Positions 18,700 to 28,147 of a stretch of 64,000 nt of DNA are shown piece after piece. Within the stretch, counting starts at the first letter, position 1. Each line of letters opens with the position of its first letter. A program made the position numbers and the translations under genes. The stretch is from Patescibacteria group bacterium. Lineage in GTDB: Bacteria > Patescibacteriota > UBA1384 > XYA2-FULL-43-10 > 1-14-0-10-43-13. The notes below the pieces were generated by a model that was given only the letters and a program-made list of their open reading frames with translations, had not been told where the DNA came from and ran no database searches. The stretch lies in the NCBI GenBank assembly GCA_041666325.1, contig JBAYHC010000004.1, forward strand, positions 929 through 64,928, in the 5' to 3' direction.

Positions 18700-19206
18700 T
18701 TATGTACCACAAGCGTTTAAATACCTTTTAAGGGCTTTTTTCATGCCATCAAACGCAAGATTTTCCCATGGTATTGAATCTTTTGCAAACCATTTATAAC
18801 CAGTTGATTCTTCATTTAATATCAAAATTTCGGTTTCCATCTTTGCCCCAAAGACAGGCACGACTACTCCGTAATTAATCCCTTCATATCTATATTCGTC
18901 AGAAAAGGAAAAAAGATATTCTAAATCAGCAAACTTTGCTCCCAGTTCTTCTTCTAGTTCTCGTAGTGTCGATTCCTCTAAGTTTTCACCAGGGTCAATA
19001 AATCCACCAGGCATATCCCAAAGTCCCATACTGGGATCGTGCGCGCGTTTAACCAACAAGATCTCATCCCTTTTATTCAGAAGCAAAACGGAAGTTGCAG
19101 GCTTAGGGTTTTGCCAGAACTTGTACTTGCATTTTGTGCAAAGAAGCAGTTTATTGCTTTTTTCTTCGAGCTCACTTGAGCACATAGGACAAAATTTATA
19201 AATCAT
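18700..19206 (-). CDS. NUDIX hydrolase with N-terminal zinc ribbon
   Basis: FCPMC..CTKC; Nudix box GFIDPGENLEESTLRELEEELG. Confidence 0.92.
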   Translation of the reverse strand: MIYKFCPMCSSELEEKSNKLLLCTKCKYKFWQNPKPATSVLLLNKRDEILLVKRAHDPSMGLWDMPGGFIDPGENLEESTLRELEEELGAKFADLEYLFSFSDEYRYEGINYGVVVPVFGAKMETEILILNEESTGYKWFAKDSIPWENLAFDGMKKALKRYLNACGT

Positions 19207-19353
19207 AGCATGAGTTTACTGTTTTCGACTCAGTGGGTCAAATACACTGTTGTGGCCAAAAATATAAGTGTAATCATCGAGAAAAAAGAGGACAGCTTGG
19301 GGGACGCTCCCTAAATAGCTACGAGTTTAGCGATAAGGGCATCTTTACCTGAA

Positions 19354-19383
19354 CCCTCCTCCGCTAAAGCTACGGGAGGGCAC
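19354..19383. repeat. Short palindromic REP-like element
   Basis: CCCTCCTCCGCTAAAGCTACGGGAGGGCAC imperfect hairpin. Confidence 0.6.
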
Positions 19384-19410
19384 AGCAAGACTGGAGCCTT
19401 CTCGTACTAA

Positions 19411-19453
19411 CCAAAAGAAAAACGACCACGCATTGGTGGTCATTTTTCTTTGG
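19411..19453 (-). terminator. Terminator after tRNA-Asn
   Basis: AAGAAAAACGACCAC...GTGGTCATTTTTCTT inverted repeat abutting the CCA end. Confidence 0.65.
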
Positions 19454-19525
19454 CTCCCCGAGCAAGACTCGAACTTGCAACATCCTCGTTAACAGCGAGG
19501 CGCTCTGCCATTGAGCTATCGGGGA
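19451..19525 (-). tRNA. tRNA-Asn (GTT)
   Basis: TCCCCGATAGCTCAATGGCAGAGCGCCTCGCTGTTAACGAGGATGTTGCAAGTTCGAGTCTTGCTCGGGGAGCCA; full cloverleaf with encoded CCA. Confidence 0.97.
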
Positions 19526-19556
19526 ATACGTATTTGCTGGGAGGGCACACTCTGCC

Positions 19557-19572
19557 TCCGCCAGCTGGCGGA
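19557..19572. repeat. 16-bp perfect palindrome inside a tRNA-Asn 5' remnant
   Basis: TCCGCCAGCTGGCGGA. Confidence 0.7.
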
Positions 19573-19776
19573 GAACTATCGGGAAATATCTTCTTCTTAA
19601 CACCGGAATTGTATCAAAATCTAGCCCCTAAGTAAATACGTACATATAATCGTAGCATCAGTGCTGCACCACGATAAATACCAGGGTGCTGCGAGGGCTC
19701 GGGCGTTATACCCTTTATCTCTTCAGAGCAGTAGGTCATTTGCAATTCAAAGAACGGTTAGTTCAAGTTCAAAAAA

Positions 19777-20229
19777 CTATTTGATATCGCCCATGTAGTA
19801 ATCTGGTAGCAGCGAATCGGCATAGCTGGAGTGTGGCGATGCCCGACGCTGGTCCTTGGTGCTATAGCCAGTTGTGCCGTCAGCACCGCAGTAGGGCAAG
19901 ATTGCACTAGCGCTTCCGGGATGACTGTAGAGATAATTTGTTAAATTATAGACTTTGCCACTAATAATTAACCAGCAATCGTTGGCGCTATTGTGCTGGG
20001 CTACTTCACTTGCTGCATAGGTTTTGGTTACCGTCGTGGCGGCCGAGCTGTCATTTTGTGCTGGCGAAGTTGTTGGACTTGGTGTTGCCCGACTTGTTGT
20101 GGTGGGTGAATTAGCCTGGTTGCTCAGTGATTGGTTCGGCTGACTGCGACCAAGAAAGTAGGCGGCGGCGTAGCTAACTGCAAAAACTATTAGGCAAATC
20201 AGAACAATATTTTTTACAACTTTGTTCAT
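19777..20229 (-). CDS. Membrane-anchored cytochrome b5-like heme-binding protein
   Basis: EVAQHNSANDCWLIISGKVYNLTNYLYSHPGS...CGADGT...HS. Confidence 0.92.
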   Translation of the reverse strand: MNKVVKNIVLICLIVFAVSYAAAYFLGRSQPNQSLSNQANSPTTTSRATPSPTTSPAQNDSSAATTVTKTYAASEVAQHNSANDCWLIISGKVYNLTNYLYSHPGSASAILPYCGADGTTGYSTKDQRRASPHSSYADSLLPDYYMGDIK

Positions 20230-20236
20230 CGTTCTC

Positions 20237-21535
20237 CTAAAAATTAAATTCCTCAGTGTGAATAGCGTAATTTTTCACATTGGTCCCGATGAGCTGGGAG
20301 CGCAAACTTTGCGTCATAGCACCAGGGCCGCAGATAAAGAAATCACACTCGGAGAGATTGCCGCTTGTTTTCTTGATTGACTTGACATCGATCCGACCCA
20401 GGCTCTCGCTATAGTACGGAATTATCCGAAGGTTTGGACTACGCCTAGAGTTTATAATCAGGTCATCAAGATAGATGGCTTCGGCTTGATTCTTGACACA
20501 GTAGTAACAATCGACCTGATACTTGTCCTCCAGGTTTTTTGCCATGCTCAAAAAAGGTGTAATCCCAATTCCGGCGCCAACCCATACTTGCCGATCAAAT
20601 TTGCCAAGCAAATGGCAGAAACGACCGTACGGACCCTCGACTATAAATTGATCTCCGGGATTGAGGACATTAATCAACGACCCGGTGAAATCCCCAAGAT
20701 TTTTGATAGAGAAAGTGACTGTTTTCTCACTGGGAGCGGAGGAGAAAGAAAAAGGGTGCTGCTCGGTTGAAAGCCGACTATTTTGAACTGAAATAAAGGC
20801 AAACTGGCCGGATATGAATTTTAAATTTTGTGTTTCAGGTTTTAATGTTATGTCGATGATGTTCGAGCCGCGTTTTGTAACTTCGACCAGACTATATCGA
20901 TGCTTTTTGATTAGGTATCTACCGAAAATTGTTTTGTAATCAAAAGCGGCCAGGCCAATAACCAAAACAAAGATCATATAGCCGCGCAGGATTGGATCTC
21001 TGGCAACATCGCTCGAGATCAGTAGCGTGTGTAGGGTTGCGAACAAAAAAGCGAGACCGAGGAACTGGTGGCTGATTTTCCAGATATGATAGGGTAATTT
21101 GATAAAAAGAGTTACGATCAAGAGAAGAGACATCGTAAAAATTGCAAGTTGGCCAAAAATAACCGGTAAATTGGAAAAATCAAAGAGCAGCTTCAGGGCG
21201 CTACCATAAGAGAAGTACATGTATCGAATTATCAGGATGGTAGGATGCAGCAATAGAAGGGAGAAAGAGAGACCACCGAGTATGTGGTGAATGACATAGG
21301 CTCGATTGACGCCGCCAAAAAAGTTTTCAACCAGCTTTTGTCTCGAACTTAAGACGAGACTGGCAGCAAAGAGCGCCAAACCGACTAACCCTGCTACTTG
21401 GCCAAGGCTAGTTAAAACAGTCGTTACGCCACGGGTTCTGTCAGTAAGCGGCATTATGCTTAGCCAGAGAAACAACGGGGCAAGAGTAAAAACAACAACG
21501 ATGGGAATGCCGAGATTCGACTTCTGTATTTTCAT
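20237..21535 (-). CDS. Ferric reductase-like transmembrane protein with FAD/NAD-binding domains
   Basis: His-bearing TMs (IHHILG, LLHP, ISHQF, TLH); HPFSFSS; GPYGRF; GAGIGITPF; FICGP; HTEEFNF. Confidence 0.92.
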   Translation of the reverse strand: MKIQKSNLGIPIVVVFTLAPLFLWLSIMPLTDRTRGVTTVLTSLGQVAGLVGLALFAASLVLSSRQKLVENFFGGVNRAYVIHHILGGLSFSLLLLHPTILIIRYMYFSYGSALKLLFDFSNLPVIFGQLAIFTMSLLLIVTLFIKLPYHIWKISHQFLGLAFLFATLHTLLISSDVARDPILRGYMIFVLVIGLAAFDYKTIFGRYLIKKHRYSLVEVTKRGSNIIDITLKPETQNLKFISGQFAFISVQNSRLSTEQHPFSFSSAPSEKTVTFSIKNLGDFTGSLINVLNPGDQFIVEGPYGRFCHLLGKFDRQVWVGAGIGITPFLSMAKNLEDKYQVDCYYCVKNQAEAIYLDDLIINSRRSPNLRIIPYYSESLGRIDVKSIKKTSGNLSECDFFICGPGAMTQSLRSQLIGTNVKNYAIHTEEFNF

Positions 21536-21677
21536 ATTTTGCCTAATTCACTATTCTGGTACTGATAATATTATATCATTACATGCCAGGATATTCTATA
21601 TGTCGACTTTGGAAAATACTTGGGTTCGTATCAGGTAAAAATAGTGTATAGTAATGTAAGGATTAATCAGGAGGAGT

Positions 21678-22259
21678 ATGAAAAACCCACTAGAAACTAT
21701 TGAGTCGCTCGTCGAGAGCGTTTTCGGAGCCATAACCCCGGATCAGCACAAAAGAGTAATCAAACATTCAGAGGCATATCGCAGCTTTCGCGCCAAGGCC
21801 CTATCCCAAAGAAGTCTCATCGAGCGGCTGGCTGATTCTATCACAAGCGTTTTCGGCAATATCGGCTTTGCCATTTTCCACGTAATTTGGTTTGGCACTT
21901 GGCTTGCCGTCAACCTGGGACTCATACCCCAAATTCCCGCATTCGACCCATTCCCCTTTGGTCTCCTCACCATGATCGTCTCGCTCGAAGCAATATTCCT
22001 TTCCGTCTTCGTCTTGATTAGTCAAAATAGAGAATCCCAGGTAAGCGACCTTCGCGATGAGGTTGATTTTCAGATCACCATGCAGGCAGAACAGGAAATT
22101 ACAAAATTGCTCTCGCTTGTAACCGAGATACACGACCACCTAGGCATCATCGGAAAACACGATCCAGAGCTAGAAAAAATGATGCAGAAACTTGATCCGA
22201 ACAAATTAGAGAAAGAGATCGTGGCTGAGGTTGATGGCAGTGATCACAAAATACTCTAG
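21678..22259 (+). CDS. DUF1003 membrane protein
   Basis: FDPFPFGLLTMIVSLEAIFLSVFVLISQNR. Confidence 0.92.
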   Translation: MKNPLETIESLVESVFGAITPDQHKRVIKHSEAYRSFRAKALSQRSLIERLADSITSVFGNIGFAIFHVIWFGTWLAVNLGLIPQIPAFDPFPFGLLTMIVSLEAIFLSVFVLISQNRESQVSDLRDEVDFQITMQAEQEITKLLSLVTEIHDHLGIIGKHDPELEKMMQKLDPNKLEKEIVAEVDGSDHKIL

Positions 22260-22261
22260 CT

Positions 22262-22291
22262 AAAAACACCCCGATGAATCGGGGTGTTTTT
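22262..22291. terminator. Bidirectional intrinsic terminator
   Basis: AAAAACACCCCGAT-GA-ATCGGGGTGTTTTT between convergent genes. Confidence 0.85.
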
Positions 22292-22293
22292 GT

Positions 22294-23415
22294 TTAACCG
22301 TGCAAGTACTCTTCAAGTATATTTGACCTCTCCAGTTTTCGCAGTTTCTGCAGCGCCTTGGCTTCGATCTGTCGGATTCGTTCGCGTGTAACCCCGAACT
22401 CCTGTCCGACTTCTTCCAACGTGTGAGTCCGACCGGTATCAAGTCCGAATCGCATCTTCAGGATCTTCTGCTCGCGCGGCGAAAGCTCGCCAAGAAATTC
22501 CTTGATCCTGTCTTTGAGGAGCTGCCTCACCGTTGACTCCTCTGGGGAGAGATTCTTCTCGTCCTCGATGAAATCACCGAGCTTAGAGTCTTCCTCCTCA
22601 CCAACTGGTGCCTCGAGGGACACAGTATCCTGTGAAATTTTGATGATATGTTCCACCTTGTCGACATCCAGGCCCATCTCCTGAGCAATTTCTTCCGGGG
22701 TGGGTTCGCGACCGAGATCCTGGACAAGCTGGCGCTGAACCCGAATAAGTTTGTTGATGGTTTCTATCATGTGAACTGGAATACGGATAGTACGAGCTTG
22801 GTCGGCGATAGCGCGTGTGATAGCTTGACGAATCCACCATGTGGCATAGGTAGAGAATTTAAAACCTTTTTTGTAGTCAAATTTCTCAACTGCACGCATC
22901 AAGCCGGTGTTGCCTTCCTGGATTAGATCAAGGAAAGACAGGCCGCGGCCAATATACTTCTTGGCCAGAGAAACAACTAATCTCAGGTTGGCTTCAGCCA
23001 AACGCCTCTTGGCCAAGACATCACCCTTCTCAATTCTTTTGGCGAGCTTGATCTCCTCTTCAGTCGTAAGCAGAGGAATTTTTCCAATTTCGCGCAAGTA
23101 CATGCGCACGGAGTCATCGGTTAGCTCAGAAATCTCACCCTCACCCTTCTTCTTCTGACCCCGCGACTGCTCGATCGTACGAGCCAAGATGCCACCGGTC
23201 TTTTCGTCCTCTTCCTTGAACTCGATACCCCGGTCAAACATACAATTGAATATTTCATCCAATTCGATGACATCGGCCTCCGGTTCGGGAACTGATTGGA
23301 GCAACTCTCGGGCAGAGATGTACCCGTGAATACGGCCCTTGGCCAGCAACTCGTTAACCTCAGGAGAAAAAGGCAATGGTTCTTCTTTTTTGGGAACAAA
23401 AACTTTTTTAGCCAT
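22294..23415 (-). CDS. rpoD: RNA polymerase primary sigma factor
   Basis: [60 protein letters not shown]. Confidence 0.98.
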   Translation of the reverse strand: MAKKVFVPKKEEPLPFSPEVNELLAKGRIHGYISARELLQSVPEPEADVIELDEIFNCMFDRGIEFKEEDEKTGGILARTIEQSRGQKKKGEGEISELTDDSVRMYLREIGKIPLLTTEEEIKLAKRIEKGDVLAKRRLAEANLRLVVSLAKKYIGRGLSFLDLIQEGNTGLMRAVEKFDYKKGFKFSTYATWWIRQAITRAIADQARTIRIPVHMIETINKLIRVQRQLVQDLGREPTPEEIAQEMGLDVDKVEHIIKISQDTVSLEAPVGEEEDSKLGDFIEDEKNLSPEESTVRQLLKDRIKEFLGELSPREQKILKMRFGLDTGRTHTLEEVGQEFGVTRERIRQIEAKALQKLRKLERSNILEEYLHG

Positions 23416-23596
23416 AATACTCCTGTAAATATAATAAAATTAAGAATGGCTCATTTTTGGACACAATGAGGGATTATATGTCGCAAGAGTACATAGTCGA
23501 AAAATCTTTTTCTTTTGGCATTAAAACCGAATTCATTCATCCAAGACTGCTTAGTAATTCCCCGCTTCGAGCCTCTTTAATTATAGCATCTTTCAA

Positions 23597-25318
23597 TTAT
23601 TTAATCAACCTGGCGTATTCGGCAAGGAGCTCCTTGATTTTTTCCTTATTTCCATCCTCCTCAGCCTGGCGAATCCTAGAGGCAAACTGATTTTTGAGAT
23701 CCTCTCGCTCTTCTTGAGAGATCCTCTTAATGAGATAGTCGGTCTCGCTCTGCAGTGCCTCCGGGTTATCAAATTCTAAGTTCTCGCTCAATGCCAAAAC
23801 CAACTGATCAAGACGAGATTTCTCCTCTTGGGGAGCGAGCTCCTTGTTAACAAACCCGTCTGCGACCATAGCACCGAACTCCTTCAGATCAGTAAACTCG
23901 ATATTTTTATGACCCTCCGGGATTCTCTTTATCAATTTTGAATCGTGCCACAATAATGCGGCCAACCGATCTGATAACGAGAGCTCATGTTTAGCGATCT
24001 CTTCAATTTCCTTGGTTGCCCTTTTGTCGGCCTTGGTCTTGCCAAGAGCATCGAGCAGGGATTGCTCGGACACGGATAATCGCTTGGAGAGGTATTTTAG
24101 ATAAGATTCCTTCTCAATGTCCGAGTAAGTCAGCTTAATCACTGGCAATATTTCCTTGGCAATTTTCTTCTTGGCAATAACAGAAAGATCTGGGTTTTTG
24201 CGGACCAAGAGATCAATCCAAAACTCAAGGGCGGGCTTGGCCTGCTCCACCGCACGCGTCCAGTTTTTCGGATCGGCCTTGATTGCCTCATCTGGATCCT
24301 TGTACGGTCCGGACAAGGAAACAATCTTGCAGCTCACATCATTTTGGAGCGCCAAAGTAATAGCACGCTTCATTGCTGTCTCTCCTGCCTCATCTCGATC
24401 AAAGCTGAAGCCAACAACTGAAGCGTAACGGGACAGGGTTCGAAGCTGCTGCTCTGTCACTGCTGTTCCCGAAGAAGCAACAACATTTTTGAATCCGGAC
24501 TGATGGCAAGCAATTACATCCATTTGTCCCTCAACGAATACCGCCAGGTCTGCTTCCTTGATTGCCATTTTGGCCTTATCGAGGCCATAGAGAACCTCTC
24601 CCTTGTGATATATGGCTGATTCAGATGAGTTTAGATACTTCGCTTCCTTGGGATTATCCTCCAGTACTCGCGAGGTAAAGCCAACAACATGGCCCATAAC
24701 ATTGCTGATCGGAAACATGATACGACCGCGAAAACGGTCATAATAGCCGCCACGGTCGTTCCTGACAACTACTCCGGCTTGGAAAAGCTCATCCTCCTTG
24801 TAACCCTTACTCTTCAAGAATCGAAGCAGAAAATCCCAGGAAACAGGAGCGTAACCAATCTCAAAATTTTTGATCGCTTCTTCGCTTAAGCCCCTTTTCT
24901 TCAGATACTTTCTAGCCGGCTGGGCTTTCTCGTGATCAGACAAGAGCTTAACAAAGACCTTCTTGGCCCAATCATTAATCTCAAAGAGCCTTGTCTTTTT
25001 GTCTGCTTTGTATTCGCTATTACCATAGCTAACCTTGTCCTGCTTGAGCTGAACACCGGCTCGATCAGCCAATATCTTCAAGGCATTGAAAAAATCCAGC
25101 CCCTCCATCTTTTCGATGAAAGTGAATATGTCTCCACCCTCGCCACAACCAAAGCACTTGAAGGTTTGGCGCTCAGCAGAAACCAAAAACGAGGGACTCT
25201 TCTCCTGGTGGAATGGACAGAGACCCTTATAATTAACTCCGGCCTTCTTCAGAGTTAGGTAGCTTCCGATAATCTCGACGATATCGAGTCGATGCTTAAT
25301 GTCTTCGATTTCATCCAT
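23597..25318 (-). CDS. dnaG: DNA primase
   Basis: CPFHQEKSPSF, CFGC, DRFRGRIMFPI, KYLNS, EGQMDV, FDRDEAG, KDPDE; upstream of rpoD. Confidence 0.98.
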   Translation of the reverse strand: MDEIEDIKHRLDIVEIIGSYLTLKKAGVNYKGLCPFHQEKSPSFLVSAERQTFKCFGCGEGGDIFTFIEKMEGLDFFNALKILADRAGVQLKQDKVSYGNSEYKADKKTRLFEINDWAKKVFVKLLSDHEKAQPARKYLKKRGLSEEAIKNFEIGYAPVSWDFLLRFLKSKGYKEDELFQAGVVVRNDRGGYYDRFRGRIMFPISNVMGHVVGFTSRVLEDNPKEAKYLNSSESAIYHKGEVLYGLDKAKMAIKEADLAVFVEGQMDVIACHQSGFKNVVASSGTAVTEQQLRTLSRYASVVGFSFDRDEAGETAMKRAITLALQNDVSCKIVSLSGPYKDPDEAIKADPKNWTRAVEQAKPALEFWIDLLVRKNPDLSVIAKKKIAKEILPVIKLTYSDIEKESYLKYLSKRLSVSEQSLLDALGKTKADKRATKEIEEIAKHELSLSDRLAALLWHDSKLIKRIPEGHKNIEFTDLKEFGAMVADGFVNKELAPQEEKSRLDQLVLALSENLEFDNPEALQSETDYLIKRISQEEREDLKNQFASRIRQAEEDGNKEKIKELLAEYARLIK

Positions 25319-25390
25319 TTGGTTAGGATCAAGAATTATGATTTAATATTACTGCCACACCGGCCCAACCGCTTTTGGTTCTGCACTATT

Positions 25391-26698
25391 TTAAATTAGT
25401 ACCTGCTGAGCCTCACCCTCACTTATAGCGCCTGCATCATCCTCAATCGCACTTTCTACCATCTGGGCAACCTTCTCCTCAATAGTATCAGATTCTTCCG
25501 CTGTTACTGCCGCGTCAGTTTGATCCAGCTCATCCTCGCCATCTGATAGCTCCAAACTTTTAATTTGAGGCAAAGAATTGCCGGCGATGCCCTTAATGTC
25601 GCCATAGAGTCCGGCCATGCTTGTTTCAATCCGGTCAATCAACTTTTCACGCTCCGCCCAGATTTTAACATAGGCGCGCTTCTCTCGCTCGAGAGAACTT
25701 TTCATCGCAATAGCAGATTCAATGAAGCTCTCAATGCGACCTCGGAATTCGGGACCCAGGAGATAGTTGAAGACCACATCTTTCTTCTCTGACTTGCCCT
25801 CCTCAAGCGAGAGCACGCCGGCAACTTCGATGATCTGCCGACGCAAAATATGGGCGATAGAGACAGCCATCTTGGGCGTTGCAACATAGATGCCATTATA
25901 AAAACCGGCTTCGACCAGGCCCGCAGGCAAAACGGAGGAAATCAGAATTGAAACCTCGGCTTTGACCTTACGCTGATCGTCTTTCAACTTCTGAACCCAA
26001 CCCTCAGTCCAAGCCTTCGTTTGCTTTAGCTCCCAAGCAATGGAGCCGCACGCTCTCCCCCTCTGATCATGAACATGTTGGATAATATCAGCGCCGTTAA
26101 TACCCTTGGGTACTGGCGCAATTTCATCAATTGGAAACTCCGCCTTAAGCGACTCCTCTAATTCAAGCTCAAGTACCTCGCCTTGCGTCTGTTGGGATCC
26201 CTGCTCAGCCTTGCGTCTTGCTTCCTCGAGTGACTTCATCAGATCATTAATTTTTTTATCCTTCTCCGCATCTTTCATGCGATGTTCATCGAGAACCGCC
26301 CTAGCCGCCTCTTCCTTGATCTTGCTGCGCTCAGCATCAATTTGGCGTTGCTGTTCGATCTTCCAAGCCCGCTGCTCATCCTCAAACTGAACTCTCTCCT
26401 GTCGAAGCTTTATCTCCGTCTCTTCGGCCTCAGCGCGCTTCTTCTTCTGAATTTCGAGTTCTTGCTCGAGCTCTTTTGCCTTACGCCGCTCGCCGTCCAG
26501 GTCGTCCTTTGCTTTCTCTGCGGCTTTCTCGAGAGCAATTACCCACATCTTTTTCTTCTCGGCTTCAAGTTGGCCCCGATACTCTTCTTTTGCCTTCTGT
26601 CTTTCGCCTTCAGCAATCTGATGCGTCAGCGCGTCATCAATCGAAATTTCCTTTTGGCAGCCGGGACAAACGATTACAATTTTGGATGAATCCGACAT
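25391..26698 (-). CDS. DUF2130 family coiled-coil protein
   Basis: CPGC N-terminus; GSQQTQGEVLELELE...FPIDEI..VPKGINGAD...WELKQTKAW...KLKDDQR. Confidence 0.9.
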   Translation of the reverse strand: MSDSSKIVIVCPGCQKEISIDDALTHQIAEGERQKAKEEYRGQLEAEKKKMWVIALEKAAEKAKDDLDGERRKAKELEQELEIQKKKRAEAEETEIKLRQERVQFEDEQRAWKIEQQRQIDAERSKIKEEAARAVLDEHRMKDAEKDKKINDLMKSLEEARRKAEQGSQQTQGEVLELELEESLKAEFPIDEIAPVPKGINGADIIQHVHDQRGRACGSIAWELKQTKAWTEGWVQKLKDDQRKVKAEVSILISSVLPAGLVEAGFYNGIYVATPKMAVSIAHILRRQIIEVAGVLSLEEGKSEKKDVVFNYLLGPEFRGRIESFIESAIAMKSSLEREKRAYVKIWAEREKLIDRIETSMAGLYGDIKGIAGNSLPQIKSLELSDGEDELDQTDAAVTAEESDTIEEKVAQMVESAIEDDAGAISEGEAQQVLI

Positions 26699-26950
26699 GA
26701 TAACTCCAAGAATTAAGCGAGTAAGTGGATAAGCTAGTAGGCATATAGATTGGTAAGCAATGAAGCAAATGTCGATACAAATTGCGGCTTAGCTTACATA
26801 CTCCTTACCGCTTACTAGCTTACTGCTATTTCATGCATCTGCCAATCAGTCGCCGAGCGAGGTAACCTCCTGCCTACAGCGCTTGTTTGTTGGTATTTCT
26901 GCGACAATATGATACGTAAAAGAAGGACCCGGAATCCGGAGGAAAGATAC

Positions 26951-27415
26951 GTGAACACTAGGTTCGGAGAAATGGATCATCCCATCCCCCCGCGAACACT
27001 TCGGCCGAGGGGTTACAATTCATCTCAGCTCGGAATCGTTGTCCTGGGACTGGTTGTGATCGGCGCCACCTGGCTGCTGATAGCTCGACCCTGGCAACCC
27101 AAGGTCGCTGTCAGCACTGACTATCTCTTGCTCTCGTTCCGCGATGTCGATGCGGACACGAGCAAGGGCACGACGATGCCAGTCACCATCATCACCCTTG
27201 CCAACAAAAGCACCGGCAAGGTAGCTGCACTGTTCAGGGGTCGAGAAGAGCGAACGATCCGTGTCCCGACCGAGGTCGTCAAGCGAGACGACTCCCTTCC
27301 CCTGGGAACCGTGCGCTGGGAAGAGAGCAAGATTGAGGGACACACATACACTGTCGTCAGGTGGAGGCCAGACGCAGTAGTGCCGACACAACAGCGCCCA
27401 AGTATGGAGCGCTGA
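26951..27415 (+). CDS. Hypothetical single-TM protein
   Basis: GGAGG before GTG 26951; one TM; GC hairpin follows. Confidence 0.6.
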   Translation: MNTRFGEMDHPIPPRTLRPRGYNSSQLGIVVLGLVVIGATWLLIARPWQPKVAVSTDYLLLSFRDVDADTSKGTTMPVTIITLANKSTGKVAALFRGREERTIRVPTEVVKRDDSLPLGTVRWEESKIEGHTYTVVRWRPDAVVPTQQRPSMER

Positions 27416-27607
27416 GCAAGACATATCACCGACGGGTGGCGTTAGCCGTACGAGGCATAACCGCCACCCTCATTTTAATTCCGGCAAGTCCTTTAAATCG
27501 AAGCTGCTTTCTGGTAGAATATTTTAGTAAATCGTCTTATTGTGCCTCATAATTGCAAATATTAGCCCTGGTCATAACCAGCTAGTTCTGGCCTAGCACG
27601 AAATACC

Positions 27608-27880
27608 ATGGATTACTTTGTCTACTTCTTGGAAAATGATCGGGGTCGGCACTATGTCGGTATCACGATAGACACAGCAAGACGATTGAATGAGCACAAC
27701 GAGGGAAATACCAAGTCGACCAGACCGTTTCGCCCCTGGAAGATCATCTACACGGAGAGCTTCTCCTCGCGAAGCGAGGCCTGCAAAAGAGAGTGGCACC
27801 TAAAGCACTCAATTGGCCGTAAAGAAAAAATTGAGATAATCAATAGTTACGGCAAAGCGGGGTTCCTCATCGTAAAATAA
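27608..27880 (+). CDS. GIY-YIG nuclease family protein (small, Slx/UPF0213-like)
   Basis: YFVYFL...HYVGIT...RRLNEHN.G...STRPFRPW...EACKREWHLK. Confidence 0.93.
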   Translation: MDYFVYFLENDRGRHYVGITIDTARRLNEHNEGNTKSTRPFRPWKIIYTESFSSRSEACKREWHLKHSIGRKEKIEIINSYGKAGFLIVK

Positions 27881-27930
27881 CACTGGAGAGGTCGCCCTCT
27901 AAAGTAGGGCTTCGTTTCTTAAAAAACGCT

Positions 27931-28020
27931 GGAGAGGTCGCATAGTGGCCTAGTGCGCGCGCTTGGAAAGCGCGTATACCCGCAAGGGTATCGAGGGTTC
28001 AAATCCCTCCCTCTCCGCCA
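27931..28020 (+). tRNA. tRNA-Ser (GGA)
   Basis: GGAGAGGTCGCATAGTGGCCTAGTGCGCGCGCTTGGAAAGCGCGT, long variable arm TACCCGCAAGGGTA, GAGGGTTCAAATCCCTCCCTCTCCGCCA. Confidence 0.97.
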
Positions 28021-28058
28021 AGAAAAAGCCAGTAATTTATTGCTGGCTTTTTCTTGGC
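28017..28058 (+). terminator. Terminator after tRNA-Ser
   Basis: GCCAAGAAAAAGCCAG...CTGGCTTTTTCTTGGC. Confidence 0.75.
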
Positions 28059-28147
28059 TACTACACCAAATTTGTTTGACCGAAAAATCTTTTTCAGTTA
28101 TGATACTTGCTGTAAATTATGTTGACCTAGATTAAAAAAGGAATGAG

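Noticed and set aside
14824-19450. Possible integrative island at the tRNA-Asn 3' end
   Set aside because: No integrase and no distal duplicate of the tRNA 3' end found by eye.
19370-19635. ORFs 19370..19603 and 19450..19635 (also 27953..28135)
   Set aside because: They overlap tRNA genes and are spurious.
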